Assembly (NCBI GenBank): GCA_964525455.1
Contig: CAZGHP010000001.1
Span: 74,739 to 138,738, forward strand
DNA length: 64,000 bases
Reading direction: 5' to 3'
DNA from: an uncultured Candidatus Saccharibacteria bacterium
GTDB lineage: Bacteria > Patescibacteriota > SICC01
In this document: one piece after another, positions 26,040 through 35,072 of the stretch
How the letters are laid out: each line of letters begins with the position of its first letter
How positions within the stretch are numbered: the first letter of the stretch is position 1
Made by a program: the position numbers and the translations under genes
Notes under the pieces: model-generated
Told to the model about the DNA's origin: nothing
What the model saw: the letters and a program-made list of their open reading frames with translations, nothing else
Database searches by the model: none

Positions 26040-28375
26040 TCCTCGATTTCCTGCGGGTCGGTGCCGTGCCGCCTGATGTAGCCGCGTTCCGCGGCGAGCT
26101 TTCCGGCATACCGCTTGCGCAGCGCGTTCGCGGTGCGCCGGTCCAGGACGCCGTGGTCGGCGAGCCGCCCGAACGCTTCGATCGCCAGGTGGTAACGGTC
26201 GGTCTCGTTACGCACGTGCATGTCGAACGGCGTAGTGGTCGATCCGGACTCCTGGTAGCCGTGCACGGAGAAGCGCGGCCGCTGCCGCTCATAATCGAAC
26301 AGCACGGACTTGAGCGTCTCCGGGTAGCCGTGGAAGTTGAAGATTACCGGCCTGTCCTTGGTGAAGTGCCGCTGGAACGCGGCCTCGCCGATCCGTCTGC
26401 CGGCCGGGCCGAAGCCGCCGTCCGAGAGCGCCGTGATCGAGACGAACCGCAGCCGGGCCACCGGTACCTCGCCGCGGACGATCGCCAATGCCGCGAGCGC
26501 TTCCGTAGTGAGGTGGCCGCCGGTCGCGGAGAAGACGAGGTCGGGGCGGGAATCGGAAGCGAACTCCCATGTGGTCAGGCCGTTGGCCATCGCCCGTTTG
26601 GCCTCGGCGTACGGCAGCCAGACGTGCCGGTTCTTCTTGGCGACGACCAGCACGTTGATCCGGTCGGTCGAGGGGAGGCTGGTGTCGAGCGCGGCCAGGG
26701 CGGCGTTGCCGTCGGGCGGGAAGTAGACGGTGATGAAGTCGCCGTGCCGCTGCAGCATGTCGTCGATGAAACCGGGGTTCTGGTGGGAGAAGCCGTTGTG
26801 CTCCTGTCGCCAAGCGGACGACGTCAGGAGGTAGTTGAGCGAGGGGTTCGGCTTCCGCCAAGGGATCGTCCGGGCCACCTTCACGAACTTCGCGTACTGG
26901 TCGACCATACTGGTGACGATCTGGATGAACGCTTCGTACGAAGCGAACACGCCGTGCCGGCCGGTCAGGAGGTAGCCCTGCAGCATCCCCTGCAGCGAGT
27001 GCTCGGAAAGCATCTCCATCACCCGGCCGTCGGGAGCCATGTCCAGGTCGGTGGACTTGATCGGCCACTGCCAGGCGCGGGCGGTCTCGCCGAAGACGGC
27101 ATCGAGCCGGTTGGAGTAGGTCTCGTCGGGAGAAAAGAGGCGGAGGTTCCTGCTTCGGCGGTTCTTGGCAAAGGCTTCCTTGAGATAATCGCCGACGTAG
27201 CGCATCTCGCCGTCCGCGAGCTCACCGGGGTGGGCGGGCCGGACGGCCAATGAGGCGGGCTTTGGCAACTTGAGTGCGCGCCGTCGCGTGCCGTGTGTGT
27301 GCCGGCTCAGGCCCATGCGTGTGCCGCCGGCCGGGATCGTCGCGCGCACCGCTGGTACGAACCCGCGGCGCGGATCGAAGAGCTCATCGAACCGGTAGGA
27401 GCGGAGCCAGCGTTCGAGCGCGGCCAGGTGGACCCGGTTCTCCCGGACATCGGGAGCCACGACCTGGTGCGAGCGGAAGCTGCCTTCGATCGGTTCGCCG
27501 TCGAGCCGTTTGATGCCGGTCCAGCCCTTCGGGGTGCGGAGGATGATCATCGGCCAGGCCGGTCTCACGACGGCCCCCTTGGTGCCGCGGCGCGCGGTCC
27601 GCTGGACCTTCCGGATCTTCCGGTGGCTTTCCGTGAGCGCCTCGTGCATCCGGTCGTGCGGCCCCTCGCCGGCGCTGCCGCGGACGACGATCGGCTCGTA
27701 GCCGTAGCCGCGGAAAAGCCTCCGCAGCTCGGCATCCGACATCCGGCCGTAGATCGTGGGGCCGGAGATCTTGTACTCGTTGAGGTGGATGATCGGTAGT
27801 ACCGCCCCGCAGGTGGCCGGGTCGAGCAGCTTGTTGAGATGCCAGGCGGTGGCGGTGGGGCCGGTCTCCGCCTCGCCGTCACCGATCACCGCGGCGACGA
27901 TCAGGTCCGGGTTGTCGAGCGCGGCGCCGTAGGCGGTGGAGAGCGCGTAGCCGAGCTCGCCGCCTTCGAGGATCACGCCCGGCGTGCCGGGGTTGGAGTG
28001 GCTCGGGAATCCGTACGGCCAGCTGAACTGCCGCACGATGTAGCCGACGCCGGCGGCGTTCCGCTTCGCCTTCGGATAGAATCGCTCGAGCGAGCCTTCG
28101 AGGAACAGGTTGGCCTGCAGGGCGGCGTAGGCGTGGCCGGGACCCATCACGAACAGGACTTCCGGGCTTTCGCGGCGGATCAGTTCGTTGAGATGGGCGT
28201 AGATGAAGTTGATCCCCGGACTCGATCCCCAGTGGCCGAGCAGGCGCGGCTTGATGTCCTCGGGCACGAGCGGGCGATCGAGCAGGAAGTTGTCCTTCAG
28301 GTACACCTGGGCGGCGGCCAGGTAGTTGGCCGCACGGAGGTAGGCGTCGAGCTGTCGTTTCTGTTTCTGCTGCAT
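26015..28375 (-). CDS. xfp: xylulose-5-phosphate/fructose-6-phosphate phosphoketolase
   Basis: GHWGSSPGINFIYAHLNELIRR, 786 aa TPP enzyme; 3' end overlaps ackA start by 25 nt. Confidence 0.9.
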   Translation of the reverse strand: MQQKQKRQLDAYLRAANYLAAAQVYLKDNFLLDRPLVPEDIKPRLLGHWGSSPGINFIYAHLNELIRRESPEVLFVMGPGHAYAALQANLFLEGSLERFYPKAKRNAAGVGYIVRQFSWPYGFPSHSNPGTPGVILEGGELGYALSTAYGAALDNPDLIVAAVIGDGEAETGPTATAWHLNKLLDPATCGAVLPIIHLNEYKISGPTIYGRMSDAELRRLFRGYGYEPIVVRGSAGEGPHDRMHEALTESHRKIRKVQRTARRGTKGAVVRPAWPMIILRTPKGWTGIKRLDGEPIEGSFRSHQVVAPDVRENRVHLAALERWLRSYRFDELFDPRRGFVPAVRATIPAGGTRMGLSRHTHGTRRRALKLPKPASLAVRPAHPGELADGEMRYVGDYLKEAFAKNRRSRNLRLFSPDETYSNRLDAVFGETARAWQWPIKSTDLDMAPDGRVMEMLSEHSLQGMLQGYLLTGRHGVFASYEAFIQIVTSMVDQYAKFVKVARTIPWRKPNPSLNYLLTSSAWRQEHNGFSHQNPGFIDDMLQRHGDFITVYFPPDGNAALAALDTSLPSTDRINVLVVAKKNRHVWLPYAEAKRAMANGLTTWEFASDSRPDLVFSATGGHLTTEALAALAIVRGEVPVARLRFVSITALSDGGFGPAGRRIGEAAFQRHFTKDRPVIFNFHGYPETLKSVLFDYERQRPRFSVHGYQESGSTTTPFDMHVRNETDRYHLAIEAFGRLADHGVLDRRTANALRKRYAGKLAAERGYIRRHGTDPQEIEEWQWPDPS

Positions 28376-28533
28376 GGCTTAGGCGGTGTCCGGTTCCGGC
28401 AAAATTGTGTTATTAAAGCATATTTTTGCGGTTTTGTCAACGAGTCGAAGCGTTATATTGCAGAAATGTATCTTGCAAAAATACCCTTGTTAAGGTATTC
28501 TCTTATGCTTTGGAACATAAGCGCGGATAGTAT

Positions 28534-29571
28534 ATGGGATCAAGCACACACAGCGCCGAAAGAACCGGTACCCCGGAAGAGCAGAGTCGTCGCCTGGAGG
28601 CTCTCCACGCGCGTCGGGAGGAATGTTTATCCGAGCCTCTCCATTATGGGCAGCGTAGTCGCAACGCGCAGCTTCGTAAGATCGCGCTGGAAGCGTCGGA
28701 GCTTGATCGCGATTTTGCCATCGAGACGGCACTGACTATCGGTACCACTCCCTCCCGGGTAAGGGCCCTTGGCGAACTCGGGGAACGGCTTGGCGGCGAC
28801 GCGGTGATATTCCAAGTGGCTAATGAAGTTTCCAAGGAGGGCGGCATGTTTTATCAAGGCAGGGAGAAGGCCATTGGGGAGCTGGTCAGCACTATAGCCC
28901 GATTTTACCCACGTTATGCGACGGAGGTTGTGCATGATTCATGTCAAGAATGGGAGAAAGAACGTGCGCTTTGGAGAGTAGTGGAGGCGAGCGGTGACCT
29001 CGAGGCTGCTCAAGAACTGCGGCCGCTTCTCTTGGAAGGAGATGCTTGGGAGCGGCGGCACTTGAAAGATTTGGTCGAGTCGACTGCCGAAGCGCACCCT
29101 GAATTCGCCGCGGAAACGATACAGCTGATGGGAGACGGCGAAGACAAGGATCTCGCCAGGGAAGCGCTGGAACAGGCGAAGGCACGCCGGCAAGCATCGG
29201 AACCTTCCCCGACTCCCGCTCCCGACAAAACCTTTCCGCGCCTGAGTAGGTCGGAGCTCGGGCAATTGATTTGGCAGGCGAAGGAGCTGGAACAGGGCAC
29301 CTATCCTGCTTCCGCTACCGAAGCGGAATCCGTACCCGGTTCCATCATCGATACGGAATCCTTTTCGCGACTGAGCGAGAGCACCGCCCAACTGTATGTG
29401 GAAAGCCTCGTGCGGATTGGTGAGGAATTGCATGACTCCGCCGTGCTAGCAGAAGCGGCGTACCTAGCCGCACAGCTCGAAGAGGGCGAAACGAAAGACG
29501 GACTGCTGCTGCGGATTATCAAGACGGCGGATCCGGACACGCTCCGCAGCGCCATACAGCGACAGCGGTAA
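28534..29571 (+). CDS. hypothetical helical protein (345 aa)
   Basis: ORF after AT-rich divergent intergenic region. Confidence 0.45.
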   Translation: MGSSTHSAERTGTPEEQSRRLEALHARREECLSEPLHYGQRSRNAQLRKIALEASELDRDFAIETALTIGTTPSRVRALGELGERLGGDAVIFQVANEVSKEGGMFYQGREKAIGELVSTIARFYPRYATEVVHDSCQEWEKERALWRVVEASGDLEAAQELRPLLLEGDAWERRHLKDLVESTAEAHPEFAAETIQLMGDGEDKDLAREALEQAKARRQASEPSPTPAPDKTFPRLSRSELGQLIWQAKELEQGTYPASATEAESVPGSIIDTESFSRLSESTAQLYVESLVRIGEELHDSAVLAEAAYLAAQLEEGETKDGLLLRIIKTADPDTLRSAIQRQR

Positions 29572-29646
29572 CCCGCACGCCCTACCCCTTGGAGTAGCAA
29601 GGTCGCCCGCTTGCCGCCAGGTCGGTGCGAGCGATAATGACGTACC

Positions 29647-30396
29647 GTGTATCACACCGCCCGAATAATCCTATTCGCCGTCGTCTTGGCAGTCGCACTA
29701 CCGGCTTGGCCCACCCGTGCCGCCGCCGCGGAGGTCGTCCTCCCCGTCGAACGCTATTTCGAGCGGCAGACGCTCAAGGGATTCGACGTGCTGGTGGATC
29801 GGGCGTATCACGAACGCCACCGCGACCTCTTTCCGCACAACGGCTTCCGCAATCAATTCACGGGCATCCATGCCGGCGCGGACGTAGAGTTCGGTTCGGC
29901 GGCGGACGGCCGCCGTGACGTTCCCGTGAAAGCCGTAGCGGACGGCGAGATCATCTATGTCGGTGACGTACCCGGCTACGGCGGGCTGGTGATCGTCCGC
30001 CACCATGGGCCGGAGACGGTCACCTCGCTCTACGGCCACGTCCGGCTGCGCGACGCTCCGGTCCGGTCCGGCCAGCGGGTCGCGGCCGGCCAGACGATCG
30101 CGCTCCTAGGGAAGGGCTTTTCCGCCGAGACCAGCGGGGCACGCAAGCATCTGCACTTCGGTATCCATAAAGGTCCGGCGCTCGACGTCGCCGGCCACGA
30201 GCAGACGCGTGAGCGGCTGCTGGCCGAATGGTACAATCCGAACGACTGGCTGGTCCGGCACGGCGCCGCTCCGTCCCCGCGGCCGGCCGCGATTCCGGCG
30301 CCGAGCCCGTCACCCGAACCGGCCGTCGTGCCGGATACACCCAAAGAAACATGGTTCACCCGACTGATCGCCTGGTTCCGCGACTTCACCGCATAG
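29647..30396 (+). CDS. M23 family metallopeptidase (LytM-like) with signal peptide
   Basis: HAGADVEF...VVADGEIIYVG...GYGGLVIVRHHG...LYGHV...HLHFGIHKG M23 signature. Confidence 0.8.
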   Translation: MYHTARIILFAVVLAVALPAWPTRAAAAEVVLPVERYFERQTLKGFDVLVDRAYHERHRDLFPHNGFRNQFTGIHAGADVEFGSAADGRRDVPVKAVADGEIIYVGDVPGYGGLVIVRHHGPETVTSLYGHVRLRDAPVRSGQRVAAGQTIALLGKGFSAETSGARKHLHFGIHKGPALDVAGHEQTRERLLAEWYNPNDWLVRHGAAPSPRPAAIPAPSPSPEPAVVPDTPKETWFTRLIAWFRDFTA

Positions 30397-30405
30397 GGAG
30401 AAGGC

Positions 30406-31350
30406 GTGCTTAAGCGCCGCCGCCGCGTCGCGTTGATGCTGGCGATGGTAGCGCTGATCGCCGCCGGGGCGGGACTCTTCTTCATCGTCGGGACGACGGC
30501 CAGCCGCGTGGCCCAGGACCAACTCAAGGGCCTGGACGCGAACCCGAGCGCCGCGCCGGGCGGATCGCTGTTCGCGCCGCTGGCCGGCCGGACGCTGTCG
30601 GCGGACGCGCTCGAGCCGGTCGCCGACGGATTCGACCAGCCGCACGGTCTCGGGTTCTTCGACGGCAAGCTGTACGTTTCCGACTGGGGCGACGACAAGA
30701 TCTATGCCGTGGATCCGGACACCGGTCACAAACGCCTCCTGGCGGACGAGCTCGGCGGCGCCCACGACATGGTCATGGACGGCGACGGGTGGATCGTCAC
30801 GCCGCTGTTCGAGGAAGGCCGCGTGGTGCGGATCAATCCGGACAGCGGAGAGGTCCGCGAGCTGGCGGACGGGCTGGCCGGACCGAACGGCATCGTCCGC
30901 GCCCGCGACGGCAACTTCTATGTCTCGAACAACCGCGACGGCACGGTGATCAAGCTCACGCCGGAGGGCAAGACGCGCGTGGTCGCCACCGGATTGAAGG
31001 AGCCGGCCGGGATCGTGGTGGACAATGACAACATCATCCGCGTGGCCCAGTTCGCGGACCGCGCGGCCGCGGTCGTCCAGATCTTCGATAACGGCAAGCA
31101 GTCCACGGTGGTCGAAGGCCTGGCCGACGCGGAGAGCCTCCTCTATGACGACCGCAAGAACCTCCTGATCAGCCATACCGTGGACGGCCATGGTGCCCTG
31201 ACGCTCTTTACGGCGACGGGCGAGCGATCGCGGGTATTGCTGACCGGCCTGCCGGGGCCGTTGGTCGGTCCGGTCACCGACGGAACCTATCTCTATCTCC
31301 AGAGCGCGGCGGCGGGGCAATCCACCGTCTACCGCATCGCGCTGCCGTGA
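30406..31350 (+). CDS. SMP-30/gluconolactonase/LRE-like beta-propeller protein, membrane anchored
   Basis: Repeated GLxxPxGIV...DGxxYVSD blades; N-terminal TM. Confidence 0.55.
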   Translation: MLKRRRRVALMLAMVALIAAGAGLFFIVGTTASRVAQDQLKGLDANPSAAPGGSLFAPLAGRTLSADALEPVADGFDQPHGLGFFDGKLYVSDWGDDKIYAVDPDTGHKRLLADELGGAHDMVMDGDGWIVTPLFEEGRVVRINPDSGEVRELADGLAGPNGIVRARDGNFYVSNNRDGTVIKLTPEGKTRVVATGLKEPAGIVVDNDNIIRVAQFADRAAAVVQIFDNGKQSTVVEGLADAESLLYDDRKNLLISHTVDGHGALTLFTATGERSRVLLTGLPGPLVGPVTDGTYLYLQSAAAGQSTVYRIALP

Positions 31351-31411
31351 CCGGGCGTAGACCGCCCCGCCCGTGCCGCGGTACGCTGGTACAGCCATAA
31401 ACACCGGCCAC

Positions 31412-31483
31412 GGCCCTATCGTCTAGTGGTTAGGACGCCAGGTTTTCATCCTGGAAACCGGGGTTCGATTCCCCGTAGGGCCG
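31412..31483 (+). tRNA. tRNA-Glu (anticodon TTC)
   Basis: Acceptor GGCCCTA/TAGGGCC, anticodon stem CCAGG/CCTGG loop TTTTCAT, T-arm CGGGG-TTCGATT-CCCCG. Confidence 0.85.
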
Positions 31484-31568
31484 CGAGGAACCTCTGGAAA
31501 TTGACCCCGCCCCACCCGAGGCGGTACCGTTAATCCCGTATGCACTGCTGTATGTACCGGGGGCGCCG

Positions 31569-32261
31569 ATGATCAAGATGGTGCACGTCAAGAAAGCGTA
31601 CCCGAAAGGGAATGTCGCGCTGGAAGACGTCAATCTGTCCATCAACCCCAACGAGTTCGTCTCGCTGGTGGGGGCTTCGGGTGCCGGCAAGAGCACGTTG
31701 GTGCGGATGCTGATCGCCGAGGAACGGCCGACGGAGGGTAAGATATTCGTCAACGACCGCGATATCTCGCATCTTTCGCACAAGCAGGTGCCGTTCTACC
31801 GCCGGAAGATCGGCGTGGTGTTCCAGGATTTCAAGCTGCTCGACCACAAGACCGTTTCCGAGAACGTGGCGTTCGCGATGGAGGTTTCCGGCATGAAGAG
31901 CATCGAGATCAAGAAAAGCGTCCCGAAGATCCTGAAGATGGTCGGGCTCTTGGAGAAAGCCGACCGGTTCCCGCACCAGCTCTCCGGCGGGGAGATCCAG
32001 CGGACGGCGATCGCCCGGGCGCTGGTGCACCAGCCGAAGCTCCTGATCGCCGACGAACCGACCGGCAACCTCGATCCCGTGAACGCGTGGGAGATCATCC
32101 AGCTCCTGCTCAAGATCAACCAGTTCGGGACCACTGTGATCCTCGCGACACACAACCGCGAGGTGGTGGATGCGCTCAAGAAACGCGTACTCACGCTTGA
32201 GGACGGCCAGGTCGTCCGCGACCAGAAGGTCGGCAAATACGCGCTGAGGAAGGAAAAATGA
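31569..32261 (+). CDS. ftsE: cell division ATP-binding protein FtsE
   Basis: Walker A GASGAGKST, LSGGEIQRTAIARA, LLIADEPTGNLD. Confidence 0.85.
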   Translation: MIKMVHVKKAYPKGNVALEDVNLSINPNEFVSLVGASGAGKSTLVRMLIAEERPTEGKIFVNDRDISHLSHKQVPFYRRKIGVVFQDFKLLDHKTVSENVAFAMEVSGMKSIEIKKSVPKILKMVGLLEKADRFPHQLSGGEIQRTAIARALVHQPKLLIADEPTGNLDPVNAWEIIQLLLKINQFGTTVILATHNREVVDALKKRVLTLEDGQVVRDQKVGKYALRKEK

Positions 32262-33175
32262 GCCTGCTCGTCACCGGCCCGCGGCTGTTCAAGTCCGCAT
32301 TCACCAGCTTCTACCGGAACGGCTGGCTCTCCGTGGCCGCCACCGGCATCGTCACGTTCTCGCTGGTGCTGGTCTCGATCTTCGCGCTGCTGCTGCTGCT
32401 TGGCACCAACGTGATCACCGCGATCCAGGAGAAGATCGACGTCGAGGTGTTCTTCAACGACGACGCCAAGGTGGCCGACATCCTCACGCTGAAGGAACAG
32501 GTGGAGAAGCACCCGAACGCGGGACGGGTCACCTACGTCTCGAAAGCGCAGGCGCTGGAGATATACAAAGGCCAGTCGGAACGCAACCAGCGCCTGGTCG
32601 AGCAGATCTCCGAGGAAGACAACCCGCTGCCGGCCAGTATCCAGATCAAGGCCCAGGATCCGGATGATCTCGATGCGTTCAACCCGGTGCTGGAATCGGA
32701 CTTCGCGGAGCCGCTGATCGCCAGCCGCTCCGACAAAGAGAACAGAGAAATTATTCAGCGCCTGCAGCGGATCGTGAGCTTCATCCGGAGCGTCGGCCTG
32801 TTCATTTCCCTCGTGGTACTCACGTTCGCGGTGCTCGTGGTGTTCAACACCATCCGGATCGCGATCTTCTCGCGGCGCGAGGAAATCGAGATCATGCGGC
32901 TGGTGGGCGCGTCCAATGCGTATATTCGCGGGCCGTTCGTGCTCGAAGGGGCGCTCTACGGCCTGGTCGGAACCCTGATCGCGCTGCTCGTGGTCTACTT
33001 GATCGTCCTGGCGTTCGGCCCGGCGCTTTCGAGCTACCTGCGCGACATCAACGAAGACGTGCCTGCCTATTTCCGCGCGAACCTGCCGCTGATCGTGGCG
33101 ATCCAACTGGCGACGGGTATCGGCGTGGGCGTGTTCTCCAGCTATATCGCGATCCGGCGCCACCTGCGCGCCTAG
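32258..33175 (+). CDS. ftsX: cell division permease FtsX
   Basis: ATGA overlap with ftsE; 4-TM FtsX topology with large extracellular loop. Confidence 0.8.
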   Translation: MSLLVTGPRLFKSAFTSFYRNGWLSVAATGIVTFSLVLVSIFALLLLLGTNVITAIQEKIDVEVFFNDDAKVADILTLKEQVEKHPNAGRVTYVSKAQALEIYKGQSERNQRLVEQISEEDNPLPASIQIKAQDPDDLDAFNPVLESDFAEPLIASRSDKENREIIQRLQRIVSFIRSVGLFISLVVLTFAVLVVFNTIRIAIFSRREEIEIMRLVGASNAYIRGPFVLEGALYGLVGTLIALLVVYLIVLAFGPALSSYLRDINEDVPAYFRANLPLIVAIQLATGIGVGVFSSYIAIRRHLRA

Positions 33176-33313
33176 GCACGGCTCAGGCGTGGATATGGTC
33201 GCGCTTGACAAGCCAGGATGGGGCCAGCGAGGCCGCCCGCAGTGTGGACGGGCCGCCCGGGAATGACTTCGTGATTTTATAAAACACTCTCCGTTAAGCA
33301 AAAAACATGCTTT

Positions 33314-33341
33314 TTGACAGGCGCTGGAGACTCCCTATAAT
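33314..33341 (+). promoter_or_regulatory. consensus sigma70-type promoter TTGACA-16nt-TATAAT
   Basis: TTGACA 33314-33319, TATAAT 33336-33341, upstream of PcsB-like gene. Confidence 0.5.
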
Positions 33342-33386
33342 AACTCCCGTTATCCAGAAAACACCCCACGCGGAATCCTACACAGA

Positions 33387-34352
33387 ATGAGCATCCGATC
33401 ACGACGCACCCTTACGGCTTTTGTTGCTGCCACGACGCTGGTGGCGGGAATCGTCACCGTCGCGCCGACTCCCGGCTACGCCGAAGAGTCCGACACCAGG
33501 GATTCGACGATCGCGAAGATCGACGCGAATCTCAACTCCCTGAATACGCAGGCCGAAGAGCTCGGCGGGCAGGTCACGGGTCTGAATGCCGAGATCGGCG
33601 AGCTTGAGGCGGAGTACCAGAAGCTCGTTCCGGAAAAGGAGCGCAAGCAGGCGCTGCTCAACGAGACGATCAAGGAATCGTATGTTACCGGCGACGAAAG
33701 CGCGGTCGAGGTGCTTGCCTCCGAGGCGACATTCTCCGAAGTCGTCAGTAAGCAGCATTACCATGAGGAGATCCAAGTAAAGACGGATCGGGCCGCGCAG
33801 GAACTTGAAGAAATAACGCAGCAGATCGAAGAGAAGCTGGGAGCGGCCAAGGAGAAGCGTCAGGGACTGCTCACGCTGAAGGGCCAGCTCGATGAGCGTA
33901 TCGCCACTGCCGAGGCTCAGGAAGAGGCCAAGCGGGCTGCGGAAGCGCTCTCCGAGGAGCAGTTCCAGCAGGCGCAGGAAGCCAATACGCAAACGCAGGC
34001 CGAGGGTATCGCCCAATCCAGCCCCAGCAGCAGCCCGGGCAGCGGCTCCCCGCAGCAGATTTCCGGGGGCAACAACCCGTATCCGTGGGGTCAGTGCACC
34101 TGGTATGTCTATCAGGCGACCGGCCGTGGGCAGAACGGCAACGCCGGATCCTGGGGCGGCGGCTCCAGCGGCGGCCCCGGCTCCATCCTGATCATGCCTC
34201 CGGGTGTCAATGGGGCAGGTTCTGCCGGGCATGTCGGAGTGGTCGTCAGTGTCAGCGGGAGCGGTGTCACCATCCGCGATTCGAACTGGTTCGGTCTCGG
34301 GGTAATCAGCACCCACACCGTACCCAAGAGTTCTTCCTACCGTTACTTCTGA
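33387..34352 (+). CDS. PcsB-like secreted peptidoglycan hydrolase: N-terminal coiled coil + C-terminal CHAP domain
   Basis: Signal peptide, long coiled coil (LNAEIGELEAEYQKL...), C-terminal NPYPWGQCTWYV...GHVGVV CHAP Cys/His; immediately after ftsEX. Confidence 0.7.
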   Translation: MSIRSRRTLTAFVAATTLVAGIVTVAPTPGYAEESDTRDSTIAKIDANLNSLNTQAEELGGQVTGLNAEIGELEAEYQKLVPEKERKQALLNETIKESYVTGDESAVEVLASEATFSEVVSKQHYHEEIQVKTDRAAQELEEITQQIEEKLGAAKEKRQGLLTLKGQLDERIATAEAQEEAKRAAEALSEEQFQQAQEANTQTQAEGIAQSSPSSSPGSGSPQQISGGNNPYPWGQCTWYVYQATGRGQNGNAGSWGGGSSGGPGSILIMPPGVNGAGSAGHVGVVVSVSGSGVTIRDSNWFGLGVISTHTVPKSSSYRYF

Positions 34353-34457
34353 TATCCCTCTTGCGTCCTTGAACGCCCCTATACGGGGGCGTTTTTGCAT
34401 GCCGCTGTGCGTTTCATGCGTAAGAAGAGGGTTATTTTTCCTTTATTGACTAAAAAT

Positions 34458-34485
34458 TTGACTAAACGGGACAAGTCCGTATAAT
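34458..34485 (+). promoter_or_regulatory. sigma70-type promoter TTGACT-16nt-TATAAT
   Basis: TTGACT 34458-34463, TATAAT 34480-34485; RBS AAAGGAAGG before ATG 34527. Confidence 0.45.
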
Positions 34486-34526
34486 TCCGCAGGTTGTAGC
34501 AAAAAAGGAAGGATTTTCCCAAAGCC

Positions 34527-35066
34527 ATGAGAAAAAACAGCTCCGGCTTTTTTATTTTGTCTCGAATTCGTTTTTTGGCCGCTTTGGCGGTCCTGGTCTT
34601 GGGTGTGCTCGCGGCCCAGTTTCATCCGGGTCACAGCCTGGGCGCCCAGAGCGCCCCGCTGGCGCACGGTTCCCAGGCAGACGTGCTCAAGCTGATACAA
34701 GCGGAGCGCTCCCTCGTAGCCACCCCTGAGCCCTCGCCGCCACCGGCTGCGCCCGAGTCGCGTGCGGCGAAGAAAGCGCCTCAGAAGGCTCCTATACGCC
34801 CTGAGCTGGTAGGCACGGCCGGCTACGCCGTGGCAGGCGGTAACTGCGTGGCTGAGCCCGGTATCAACAACCCCGGCTATGGGAACCCGTCCGACTGGCC
34901 GGTGACCTCACAGGTGCCCCGGGTCGGCGCCACGGCGGTGTTCACCTGGAACCACGTAGGCGTCGTGACCGGTATCTGGCGGAACGGCGACATCGAGGTC
35001 CGGCACCAGAACTACTGGGGCGGGCAGCACCGCTTCCCGCGCAGCATGATCCGCGGGTTCCGCTGA
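34527..35066 (+). CDS. secreted CHAP-domain peptidase
   Basis: Signal peptide; GGNCVAEP ... NHVGVVTG CHAP Cys/His motifs. Confidence 0.6.
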   Translation: MRKNSSGFFILSRIRFLAALAVLVLGVLAAQFHPGHSLGAQSAPLAHGSQADVLKLIQAERSLVATPEPSPPPAAPESRAAKKAPQKAPIRPELVGTAGYAVAGGNCVAEPGINNPGYGNPSDWPVTSQVPRVGATAVFTWNHVGVVTGIWRNGDIEVRHQNYWGGQHRFPRSMIRGFR

Positions 35067-35072
35067 CACTCG

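Noticed and set aside
26033-27253. 406-aa plus-strand ORF
   Set aside because: Antisense to phosphoketolase; glycine/arginine-rich low-complexity translation
31796-33301. 501-aa minus-strand ORF
   Set aside because: Antisense to ftsE-ftsX
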